From Paraphysomonas bandaiensis (taxonomy: Eukaryota; Protista; Chrysophyceae): DNA of 64,000 nucleotides. The translations under genes were made by a program, and so were the position numbers. The notes beneath the pieces are model-generated. The model did no database searches. It was not told the DNA's origin and saw only the letters and a program-made list of their open reading frames with translations. The stretch lies in contig CBFFRP010000143.1 of NCBI GenBank assembly GCA_965644295.1, positions 160,701 to 224,700 of the forward strand, written 5' to 3'. This document shows, piece by piece, positions 15,090-27,899 of the stretch (the stretch's first letter is position 1; each line of letters starts with the position of its first letter).

Positions 15090-18000
15090 CTACATAGGAG
15101 TAAAGCCGCAGTTATTTTCATTTTCCGTCTCAAGTATGTCATCACTGCAATTGCTACTTGTGAGGGATAACTTTCCCTAATCACACACAGCATAAATCGT
15201 ATGTAAATTCTGTGTTAATCAAATACCTTAGAGCCACTCGTAGAAGTTCCAGAAAACTGGTAATCCGCAGGCATAGGTGCCCAAGCAATGCTGCACTGGC
15301 GCCTCGCCCACTCCTTGTCTTCAATACTATCACCCGCCTGAAAATATATGATGCCAACGGAAAGATTAGTGACACATATACTACCTTATCCTCACTGGCC
15401 ACAGGAAGGGGAATAGCGTCACCAGCGTGAAGTGACAGCACATCTATCGTATGGTCCGCGTTTCCACAATCCAATCCAGTAATAAAGGGGTGCTGAGTTG
15501 CCTCGCGAACACTGTACCTGCGTGACGGTTCTAGAAAAAATATATATATTACGCTCTGAACGACATACGGAATGAATTACATACCTAGCTGCAGCAACAT
15601 ATCTATCAAGTTCTTAGGACTTTCAGGGATTGAACTATCATCCATGTCGGGACAGCCAACGGTGGCGTCAAATTTAACTTCTTTCGACTTCGACCCCGAA
15701 GAGTCCAGAGACTCAGATAATTCGGGATAATCTACACATACTTGGACCAGCACCTGTCATATTAAATTTTATTAAAAACATGTAGTCAAAAATATGCAAT
15801 ACTGAAGCTGGACCTGATGAAACGTAGTTCCGTAATACTTCGGCTTCCCGACAAGACAAAAATAGAGTACGCATCCCAAGGCCCATGAGTCGCCTGCCAA
15901 ACCAGGAATAGACCCAGAAATTAAAACTTCGGGTGGAAGATAGCCTGGGGTTCCTTCGGCATCAACACTACTACTGTCGTTTGAAGAATTTGAGTTCGCA
16001 ATATCGTCAATAGTCAAATCATTCCTATTAGAACACATTAGTATATTGCATTGCAGCAGTCAACAAAAAGTCGTGTGCGTTACGCGCACTATCATGATAT
16101 CAGGAGCAAAATTTGTGAACGGACCTAATTTCTGAGTTATCCCTCCAATCTCCGTCCCGAATATTCTTTATTAACTCGTTGCCTTTCAGTAGCAGAGCAT
16201 GTCCATCACTTGTGACAGCTCGACAAGCACCAAAGTCTGTCAGCTATAAACAAAATTAGCAGACACGTTAGATTATTCACAAAAACAGCTACCTTCACAT
16301 GACCCAAAGACGTTATGAGTATATTCTCTGGCTTAAGGTCATTGAAAGACAAACCCAAGTCATGAATGGAGAGCAGCGCGGCACATATCTCTCCAATGAT
16401 AAATCTTTGCAACAATAATTAAAACTAAAATCATGGATCCGCTCCATATCAAGGTACCTCGAACAAAGTTCATCCAAGGGGCCATTTTTTAAAATCTGCA
16501 GCCAATAGTCAAGGTATACAGTAAACGGGACCACTTACATGTGTATGGAGGTCTCCATTCGCGGCATACTCAAGTACTAAATAGTATCCATCGGTATATC
16601 TGAAAGCAATATTGTTGACACGCAGCTACAGCATCTGTACAATAACCTGAATGCCGAGATTAATCTAGCGATTCCAGGGTGGGAGAGTTCCTGAGTCAAC
16701 AGCCTTGTCAATGGTTGACAAAAAACTTGTGATCACTTACATGGAGAGCAGCAATTTCTCGGCATGCAATATCTATACAACTTCGCCCGATCTGAACCAT
16801 TCTCTTAACAGAGAGAATCTGACTAGCTGATGAACCAAAGATTAGAAATTACAAACAGTATACCACCTTAACAGCATATTCCGGCCATTGAGACCTACTA
16901 GCGTTTGGACCCTATAGAGAAAAGCGTTAGCATCATAGGAAAAGCAAAAGTCATTTACCTTCAGTATACGTCGGCAATACTTTACAGTTCCAAACGAACC
17001 TTCACCCAGTTGTCTATGCAAGTATCACATGCATAAAAGTCAATTATAGAAGTAGGTATTATCTTACTGTCCAAATACAAGATCATGAAACTTCAAGTCA
17101 GGCAGAAGACTTGGCTTTGATGCTGCCTGTTCCCTGACCCAGAATGGCCCGTGCCCATCTTCTTCGTCACCCCCACCGCCATTTAGACGGCATCGCTCAA
17201 TGTACTCCATCACAACATTGGCTGCTGTGAATACATAGGTATCATAGGTGTAGACGAATGGTATAACTCTTACCCGAAATGACTTCGTTTTTAGCTGATT
17301 CCATTGACTTTACATCACCTATACTTGATGTACCAGTGGGTTCCTTTTGGTGCTTGAATGCCCAGGGCGCAACTCCAGTTATAGTAACAGGAGGATTTTC
17401 GCCTGGCTTAATTGGACCTGCAGATTTCATCATACACCACACGTTTTGCCATCACATTTTTATATCACCTGGGTGAGCTTGCTTAATGGTATTGGGATTA
17501 AGCTTCGAACGTGGGAAAGTTGACATCGGCGAAAATTTTCCAGGGGGACGCTCTGAACAACTGGACGAGGACTCCGTTTTCTGCCCTGAGATTGTGTCTA
17601 CATAAAAAGGCGGCAAATTCCATGAATTTAAAGACACGTAAATAGCTAATGTTCTCACCACGTTCTGGGGTCACTTCCGACGGAGGTCGCTTATGAGCCC
17701 GCACAGAACGAATGGATGAAGGGGGTAGACTTGGGTTACTCTTTTTTTCCGAGGGAGCCGTCACACTGGGCGTCTTTCCAATCAGATGCTCCGCAGCAGC
17801 ACAAAAAGCATCATCGTCCATTTCCTGCGAAATTTTACATAATCTGCACCACATCACAATGGGTAAAGAGACCTTCAACTTTTTAAGAACAATTGCTGTC
17901 ATTTTATTCACAGTTTGGTTCCAGAAGAGCTTACCACCGCGATATAGAGGCGGGAGAAAGCCAGATATAGCTTCAAATGCATGTCTAGATATGTGGTCAA

Positions 18001-19332
18001 TAAATATTTTATTTCTATAAGTAAAGCATATAAGTAAGGCTGAGATTCACATAGACAACTCTTACCTGAACATTTGGAGTGTACGTTGGAGGGGAATCAT
18101 ATTATCATGACTAAGAAGACTCTTTAATCTGCTCTATTAAAATATTTATACAAAAGTAAACACAAACTGCCGAGGTATACCATGACGTATGGAAATACAG
18201 CGTCAAACTCCACGTCCGAAGACATGCCCAGTAGCTTTTCCAACTTCAAGTCTATCATTAAAAAGGCATGGAAATCATGATGAACATACCTCATGTACGA
18301 AAAGTACTTCTTTGGGCGTATTGGAATTGAATCCCTCAGGCCAGAGTGATGTCACGAGAACGCGAATAGTGTGAGCTAGCATTGTGTTCGGTTCTTGCAT
18401 GTGCTTTACACCACCATGCATTCTCTCCCATTCAGCCAGCCGGACAAGACAGAGCACCAAGGCTTCGTGATAGGGCTGTGGGATGTCAAGCCTGTCAGTC
18501 TACATGAACAGCGCTTACCTGCACTACAGGAAGCTGGTCCCGCCATTCAATCATTCCGTTGGGAGTGTGTAAAGGCAATAGAACTTTCACAAGCAAATCC
18601 CACTGCACGCGATGACAATCAGGTCGGTATTGTGTAGTTCTCGCATTTGCAATCGATTGATCTGTCATTCCTGCTACAATCTTGGCGACAAGCTGGGACA
18701 GTCAGATTATAACATAAATACTGACATTAAATAATAGTAAACCTTAAGATGTGGTCGAATATCAACACTCTTCAACAAATCTGGAGAAGCGGAATATCGG
18801 ACAAGCTTCGAACCAACCATCAGTCTAATGCTCCCACGTAGATCGATACGATGCCTGTAAACCCACATTAACACATTCCCAGTAGTAACACTAGCCTCTT
18901 TCTGTCCACGATCAAAGCTTTTTAGCACTGAAATTCGAAATAATAGATGAAAAATGAACTCAATTTGAACATAGATTCTTACACTTTAAACAGAATTCCT
19001 TCGATATGCTGTTGACTATGGTGGATATCGCAGAGCTCGTGTTGGTCTCAGGAAACTTCTGTAATATTTCCCAACTATTGAGCGCGAGCTCCTCTATCTG
19101 TGAATGCCTCTGGTTCCAGCAGACCTCCAGTGAAGCCATCACTGATATCACCACTTGTTCGATATCCTGATAGTCTCTTATCTGTATGGGGTATGAGATG
19201 TATCTATCATCATATCATCTGACTGCAGTGTACCTCCATAGATTTAATCATATCGTACAAGACAGTCATGTCCTCTTCACTGGGCATGCGCTCAATGCGA
19301 CTCAACAGAGATATCAACTCCTCTCTGTTCAT
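15090..19332 (-). CDS. PP2A B56/B'-like domain fused to a PDK1-like (AGC-related) Ser/Thr kinase, many introns
   Basis: Kinase: LGEGSFGTV, EYAVK, FNDLKPEN, LTDFG, EGTPGYLPPE, DSWALGC. N-terminal B56-like segments: LLVKVLLPLH, YHEALVLCLVRL, LWPEGFNSNTPKEVLFVHE, LYRGGKLFWNQTV..EMDDDAF. The linker exons splice in frame between the two parts. Confidence 0.85.
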
Positions 19333-21000
19333 TGATATGAATAGCTCTTCTCGACTGATGCAGTTGTTATCTCCCGTCAACTCCGACGAGCAGATCTATA
19401 AGTGAATCTACAGAGAGCTCAGCCGGCTGCTGATCGCTCCACACACACCAGAATAGTGGGAGGAATTCCTCCACAGTACTCCACTGTATCTACAGCAGTA
19501 CAATTGGAGTACTCCGGTACAGTACTGTATATGTGTGTATTTGAATAGAACACGAATTTTTCTCATCTACACCATATACAGCGCTATATACGGTGATACG
19601 GTGGTGTCCATGTTCAGATAAGGACCCTGCACCTACTCTGTATATCCACACAGCAACACACACTACGATCTGATAGAGGCAGACACAGATGATCTCACTG
19701 TACAATGGCCTGCAGCAAGGACAAGATCCCATTGCTCGACTGTGATTGGCATCGCAGGACATGCTGTAATCACCTCGTCACCGTTAGTTTCTGCTACAAG
19801 GCACAAGGGTTCAATACCTTTGAACTGATGACAGCGTGGTGATTGTTGCTGTGAGGGTATGTGGTGATCGTAACCATACACAGCCGCATTGTGTCCAATT
19901 GATTTTTCTTTCATGTTCCGTTTGATTGCGCGCATACGAAGCGCTGTCAAGTCTATAGACAAGTGGGAACTATAAGATGCATGTCCGTACATATTTTGAC
20001 TTTTACCACTTTATAACACTGTTTACCAAGGTGTTTGAATGGTGTTTGTTTGAATGGTGTTTGAATGGTGTTATTTATATTTTATACAGCAACACACTGT
20101 GTTCTCTTGTTATTGATGCTTTCTCAATTACTGGACGGAGATAACCCGCCAGTTCCTCTCGATTAGCCCTTTTTGTGTTTCCTATTTGCCATAGGCGACT
20201 GAACATGTCGACCACTGTTAACTTGAGAGAGGGATGATAGAGGGGGAATGGATAAGAATTCTGATGTAAAGATCATAGCAGCGAGTTCAGCAAGGAATAG
20301 ACAAAAGGAGATAATTCAGTTGCAAGAATACAATTATCACGTAGAGCAAGTGCTTTGAGATTTGTCAATCGCAGAGACTAAAAGAAGAAATGCGTCATAT
20401 TTTATAAGTGTTGGTAAAATCTGAGCAGCGAGTAATGCATAGGCAAGATGCCTTGGTATCTCAAAATACTCGTTTTTAGTGTGCTCTATATTTTACATAC
20501 GAATGGCTTATATTCGCACATGTTGTACAACTATATATAGATGGAATTGCTGTCATAGTGTAGGATATTTACTATTAGGAAACAGAATGGAAATATAGCA
20601 AATATAGGACTCTCCTGTCGAATGCGATAAATTATAAATATATATTGGACTGGTTGAAAGTATCATTTTGTATTATTTAGGCTTTACGATGATAGGAATA
20701 CATGATATAAGCGTAAATAGGTGGTACTTGTTTCCAGTACAGGAGTGTGTCGTTGTTGGCCTCGGGGCATATTAACATAATCGTCGCTGTAAAATAAGTC
20801 TTGTAATGAAACGAGACTTCTCGAGATAACTGAGATACCCATACAATGAACCCAGGCGTCACTCGTCCTATGGTGTAGAGGGTGTACAGTGTACAAAAAC
20901 CTTTCATGGTTTAATAACTATTTAGCTAGGTATTCTAATCATTATTTTATAGAAACAAGTATTTTGGTGACGCCAACTATTACCGTTATTTATAACTTAA

Positions 21001-24000
21001 CTATTCAACGACTCGTTGTGCTTTGCATGTGGGACCGTCATCGTTAATATCTGCACGGTCGCCCCGCTTTTGCCCACACGTCGTAGTATCTGAAACGCCT
21101 ACCTGTAATATATTGCTATTCTCGGCAATAGTGCCTTCTCCTAATTCGCAAAGTGAGGTGTCTCCCTGCACTGTAGCCCCATTTACGACAGACTCGATAG
21201 CACATTCCGCAATCGAGGGTTGATCTAACTGTTGTGTTGTCAGTGCACCACCACAAGTCGCCCAACTTCCGTGTTGTTCAAGATCGCTAGGAACGCAACG
21301 TGACGCTTCCTCTGGTTCTACGACATTAGGTAATTTGTCACATTCAACGCTATTGTAACATGTACGTAGCGCGTTGCTTTCTTTTCTACTTTCAACAGGA
21401 TGAGTTCCCACAGAAGGGCCCCGAGTTATATCGTCTTTCAGACAACGGTCTTTTGCGCCAAGTGACGCCGCATCACTGCGACTCTCAGGTTTGTCAGAAT
21501 CATCATATTTGGATTCGATCTCACCATCATCGCTTGCAATTCCCAAGACATTCGCTCTGTACTCCTCCAAAAGAGCATCGGTGTACGCCTGTGCTCTGTG
21601 ATAACTCCTTGTCACTCGCCTCTCTACACCTCGACGCCAAGACAGCCCCCCCTCGCTGTGCGTCACGACATCTAAAACAATGTCCGGCCAAACAAACGGC
21701 ACCTTATCTTTATTGTCCTGAGACTCATCACCATGATGCTGCACCCATTCGTATAATGCAAGCAATCCGTGACAGAAATCGCACGACCGTTCATCATCGT
21801 ACTCATTGAGAACTTTCATAGTTAGCGGCTCCATATCACATCGCCTTTCTTCAATTTGAACACGACGCTCCGACAGGCTAATTGGAAATACGAAAAATGA
21901 CTCATTGCGTTCTTCTCCCTCATATCCATAGAATATAGCTGGCATGCATCGTTTGGTGAGCCAAAAAAGATTAGTAGGATTCACTGACATATGCGCAGTA
22001 CTGCTGGGAACCGACACAATGGAGACTGAATCGCTAACAGTAACTGGATTATGAATGGAGCCCGATTGCTCATTCTTCACATATATTTGTTCTGAGTCTG
22101 CATTCTTTGGTGCCATTGCTGAAGTACAGGAAGCCTCGTCCTCAGAACTATCATCGTCAAACATGCTGAGCTCTTCCAGGTACTGCTCTTTCAACTTGTT
22201 GACATATGCAATCACACGGACGTTTGCTTTGCCCGTCTTGGCCATACTTCTCTCCACACTACGCGACCACGGCCTCCATGAGCTGTTATGCGCGACCAGG
22301 TCCAAAATAAAATCCGGCCATGCATACGGTTCATCCTCATCACCTGACACATTAGGATCTAGAGAAGGGAGCATGGAGGGCTCACTTTTGTCCTCTGTTG
22401 GTAACATAGACGGACAAGATGGTACAATATCTGATGCAGTGTCACAATCGGTTTGTTGAATCAAATCGGCAGTCTTGCATCTGTTAATATCCCATTCGTA
22501 AAATTGCAGTAAAGCTTCCGCAAAATCTCTGGTGCGTTGGTCGTAGCAGCCTTTTAAGTTGGATAGCGTTAGTGGCTCAACCTCTCTGAACGAAATATCC
22601 ACAAAATACGTATGACACATAGCATTTATTGGTTGTACTTTGAATGTATTCTTCTTATCGTTGCCTGGTGTATCGTAGAACATAACGGGAAGTCCCATTT
22701 TGTTTGACCAGAAAAGATTAGATTTATTACACCACCTGGTGGGTAACGGCTTCGGTGGGGGCTGATATATTACGTGAGCAATAAGAGAAATTCCGATTTC
22801 AACAATACCTGCAATGCTGGTTTTATATCACTTTCGGAGATCTTCTTTCGGCGACCAGGCCCTTTTTTCACCAACTTGGCTGAATCTGATACTAACGATT
22901 TCTTTTGCTTCTCAGCATCTGGAGGCGAAGTGGCAGAAACCAGTGAATCAACTGTTTTACTCGGCCGCTTGCTCTCTTTTTCCTCCGCTCCTCGACTGAC
23001 TTTCCTCTTCTTTATCACGGGGACGGGGACAGAAGATATAGGTGGTTTCTCCTCCGGAGAAGGAGGTGGCACTGGTACCATGATTCCATCATCCCATGGA
23101 TACTCAGCATCCATACAACGACTATCAGAATCCACTCGCTCTTTGTACTCCTCATACAAAGCGTTGAAATATTTACTACGCCGGGATTCTTGGTGCCTTG
23201 GCGTACCAGATCCTGTCCGGCCTTTTTCAGCTCGCCTTCTCCAAGACAGCCACTTCGTACCAGAATAAATCAGCTCCATAATGAACTCTGGATATATATA
23301 CCACTTGCATTTCGGGTACATGGTAAGTTCCATTTCTGCTATATCCATCATGGCTAAGGCGAAATCAGCTGTGCGACTATCATGCATCTTCGCAGCGATT
23401 CCTTCAGTCATGGGGGTCAATGATGAAGCCGAGACTATCTCACTCTTGTAAGGAATATCACATCGAAACGGCAACACGTGCAACGCCGCCCCCCCCGTCA
23501 ACTTCGTCGTTTCTTTCGGATTTATCTCTAGGGAGGTACATATACAAGGACACCCTTTATTTTTGACCCAGTATATATTGTGTGGTGTAAATTTAAGACC
23601 ACTGGGCCATCTATTCGGCACGCCTTCGAGGACTTGTGTGTATGATATACGGGAATCACTTGACGGAGCTATAGCCCTTTGCGATCGGCGTTTCACTGGT
23701 GTAGCTGTAGCTACGAGATCACACTGCTCACGGTCCGGGTAGAGGCAGTAGTACATATTGATTACATCCTTCATTTTAACTTGGTGCTGTAAATTCTCGC
23801 TGCTATCAAAAGCAGACTCTAAATCTCCTGAATTAGAAAATATCTTGCGCAATGAGCAGTAGACGTCACGAATGCTGTCCGTGGGGTGGCTGCGAACACG
23901 TAGTGAATATACTGTGAAACGAGAATACAATTACAAGGTACCTTGACACTTCAAAAAACGATTGCAACAGCTGCACTGGCCACGCAGTACCAAAACTGCT

Positions 24001-26142
24001 ACTCACAGAATTTGCGACAGTATCACGAACATATTTCAATGCCTGCTGACAATCATAGTTACAATAGTGCAGAACTTCCAGAGCCCTGTCCTCATGGTAG
24101 AACCTTGCTCTGCATTCACTTGTTGGTACTGCGAATGCTTCTCTACCATTTCGGACAGAAGCAACTAGCCTTCTTGTTGTGACCGGAGATGACGCCCGGT
24201 CTGATGCCGAATGCAGGACAGTCTCATCACCGCCACTCGGGATGCTCTCACTTGAACTGAAACTTTGGTTCAGTGCAGCGCTTCCAATGGTCTCATCAGG
24301 CGCAGATACCGTCGACTTCCCGTCTTCGCGCACATCCATTACAACATATAGTCGGCGTCTATTAGCGCTCGCCGCGAGTTGTGTGGACTTTTGCCGCTCT
24401 TGCTGTGGAACGTTTTCCTTCCACGCATGCGACGTTTGCCCAGAAGGAGTGGAGCTGCCAGTCACAGAAGATATGGACGGCTTAACTGTATCGACCAGCA
24501 ATCCCGGTCGAATTGGGAGACACGCATATGCCTCAGATAAGTACGCATTCTCTACACTATCCAAAACTACATCAGGGCGATATACAAGCCCAGAGGTAAC
24601 GGACTTGTCCTCGTCTTCTGTTTCGCTAGGTGCGACAAATGGTGAGACCTCAACTTGGAACGATGACCCCACACGGCTTGAGTGTCTTTTAAAATCTTTA
24701 TCCTCGACACCCTGAGCAGTCGAACGCACCCCAGCTATCAGGGTCATGAGACAAGATTGTATGGGATCAACACTAATGGCATCTATCATAGTAGTGTGGG
24801 TACTCATAGCATTGTTGGGTTGGGGTAGAGCATCTTCCAGACCATCCAGCAGACTTAATACTTCGGATTCCCACCCTAACAAAGAAACACATAGCGCAAA
24901 CATGTATCGTCCTCTCCTTTCCATAAGAAGTCTCTGCAGAACCGGGTGACATTCCTCGGCCTCCTTTCTCCATTTCTTCCATTGCTCTGGATGTTGGATT
25001 AGGTCCAAAACGACTGGTCTCCACTCATAGGAGTTACTGCCAGGGTCATCCCACTCAGATAAAAATGCCATGGCCAAAGCAAAATCAGACGACTCAGGGT
25101 CGTCCATAAGCTCCGCATAACTCTCTTCGAACATAATAATATTACCTCGCCGATCTGTCACTTCTTTATACTCTAATGCCCGGCAGTCCACAGGAACCAA
25201 ATTGACTACGTCGTTCAAAGATGGTCCAACAGTCGGCTCTTCAGGCCGTTTCAATATGTAACACATTCTTCGCTGTGGACTCCAATATAACTCATTACTG
25301 CGAACAATTAATATTAAATATATACTACTAATGTGAGTGGAACAATGCCGCACCGTGGTTCCTCGGCAACTTCGTATTTGCTTGTGCGACCCGAATCATC
25401 AGATACTGCATCGGACAGTTCAGATAAATTTTCATCATCCATGTAGCGCTTGAGGATCGCCTTACATACATCCGTCCCGAGGTTCTCTTTCGTAAACAAC
25501 TATAACCACAATCATTACTGTAATCATTGACAGGAAAGGTGCAGAATTACATATTTCTCATTAAGGTCCATTCGTTTCCACACAGATGATCTAATGCGTT
25601 TGAGTGCCTTTTCCAGGCGCTTCGGATAGCGATGCGATATATAATCTCTCAACGCCTACATGGTACATATGAATTTAAAGAGCTACCACACAATATAATA
25701 TTACAAGACCTGAGTAAACGCATGGAAGTGTCGAGTAATCTTTCCCGTGCCACGACGATCACAAGTTTTTTCTCCACTCAGTTCATGCAACGCATCATCC
25801 AATTGTGCCTCACAGTCTGGTTGATAAGAATCTATCGACGAAGAGGACATTAATAGTTTGGAGCGTGTTGGTGTTGGAATATCCGTATGACGATCCCCAT
25901 CTATAGACCCTCGATCCGAGTTATCTATATCAGAGTAATTGCTACCTGAAAACAAATATAAACGCCCGCAGATAACACCCGATCCCCTCACCGTCCCCCT
26001 CCCGTATATCCTCAGTGTCATCAGATGATAGAATGGACTCCATCTCTTCTGAGTCGATTCCGTCCTCACAGCGCCTCTCTATCCTACCTACAGGTACACA
26101 GACACTCATAACACCGCCCTGCTCAACAGGTTTCTCATCCAT
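21001..26142 (-). CDS. Large putative chromatin protein: ELM2-SANT-like module plus four copies of an unassigned ~120-150 aa domain
   Basis: Long same-strand ORFs separated by short intron-like gaps. ELM2-like SSRVGSSFQVEV..EDRALEVLHYCNYDCQQAL followed by SANT-like AWPVQLLQSFFE; basic NLS-like stretches. 5' exon structure is uncertain. Confidence 0.7.
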
Positions 26143-26734
26143 CTAGACTGGGTAGGTCCAGTATGTTAATTTCAATTTCAAATGAATTGGAGGAAATCGA
26201 TGTGGAGAATGGCACGTACATGTATTTGGTATGTGGGGCGGGTTGTAGTATTGTACTACGTACGAGAACATCTGCCTACTCAAATTTGTCTTTTTTGAAA
26301 ATCGAAATCTTCAAAATGCGTATTTTTTCCCTTAAATTTTGTGAAAATATGGAGCTCACTCTCGACGGTATTGATATTAGGACCTAATGAAGTTACAGAT
26401 ACTTGGATAATAATGGAAATACAACTTTCCTCGTGCTGTTCATTTTGACAACCCATGCTTCATAGATAGGTATATATCTCATTAATATTGTCCTTTTGTC
26501 TTTTGTTTGTCTTTTGTTCAATATTGCAAAAATCTTCAAAAAATGAATGCAAGGATTGTGTCTCCTCAAGATACTTCGCATTCATGCCTCATGTCAATAA
26601 CAATTCAATTGCACAAACTTGCTTTTCGAAATAATTGCTCTAAACTAATAGCTAGCGGGAAGCACAATTATCCACTCCAATATTCTCATTGAGATTCTCT
26701 CGGGAGAGGTCTCTAACTGCATATTATGACACGC

Positions 26735-27044
26735 AACAAGGAACAGGGGAACGGGCCGCTTGTGTCGCTGAGGCGTCCGTCTTGCGCCGGGAAGGCACTT
26801 TGTCTCACAATAAAAAATTTTATATTTTATTTTTTTAAAGTTTAATTCTTTAATATTGTTATATAAGAGTATTTAAAAGTTATTTATAATATATATAAGA
26901 TAATTTATTATTTAAAGTATGGTATTTTTAATATCATTACATAAGAACTTCGAGTGTTAAGGAAAGAGTAATAAAACAAAGCGCCTTCCCGGCGCAAGAG
27001 GGATGCCTCAGCTGCACAAGTGGCCCGTTCCCCTGTTCTTTGTT
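26735..27044. mobile_element. Foldback/MITE-like element with 68-bp GC-rich inverted arms and an extremely AT-rich spacer
   Basis: 26735-26802 versus the reverse complement of 26977-27044: 61/68 matches; spacer ~175 bp, mostly A/T. Confidence 0.75.
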
Positions 27045-27899
27045 TTGTTTTTATGACTTTTTAAATAGGGTATATTGCGTTATATAATCAGTATTAGATA
27101 TCATGGTATATAACAGGTATATAGCAAGAACTATCCTGGCTCAGCAACATTAAATGCCATTTTATTACATCTAGCAGCACCATCAAGATGTACTTGTTCA
27201 CGGAAAGAGTTTAATTGTATATCGAACTTTTGCCAACGTGTGCGGGAGAGCGAATCTTGCAATATACTACATGCACTGTTGTGTGCTTTGGAGGAGTTTT
27301 ACAGGAATGGAAATCTTCCCTCAACCTTACACCACCAGATTGATAGTGGTTCAGAGAATGCAAATTCAGAAATATATATGCTGTATATGCATTGCTTGTT
27401 TCGACTGGAGTTGTCGACAACGTTGCTCACACAGAGAGGGTCGGACAGCTGGGGCGTTTGAGCCGATATGGAAAGCCTTTCTGGCTTACGAAGAAAACCT
27501 AAGCGGCTCAAGCGCCCGGCTGCTCCCTCCCTCTCTGTGTGTGGTGTGTTGACTAGTTTACGAAGATATCGACGGTATCTTTGCGTTGATTAAAAGAGAA
27601 AATTGAAGGACGTGAACAGTTTGACTCCATCCGACTTCGGAAGTTAACTGTACAAAGCCCAGAAAGTGGAGTAAATGTAGTATATATGTTGGCGATTCCG
27701 GACGTTGATGTATATAAGGGGTAGGTTGAACTTTGGTACACGCAGATATAAGAGTATCTGATTATTACATGAGAACGGTTGTAACTAGAATCTATATATA
27801 TATTATATAGAACTTGGTTTGCAATATTATACTAGTGATGGATCAACCGTCTCGGGACTACTTGTGCATTTTGCTACCATGGCGCCCCTTGTAGTGAGG

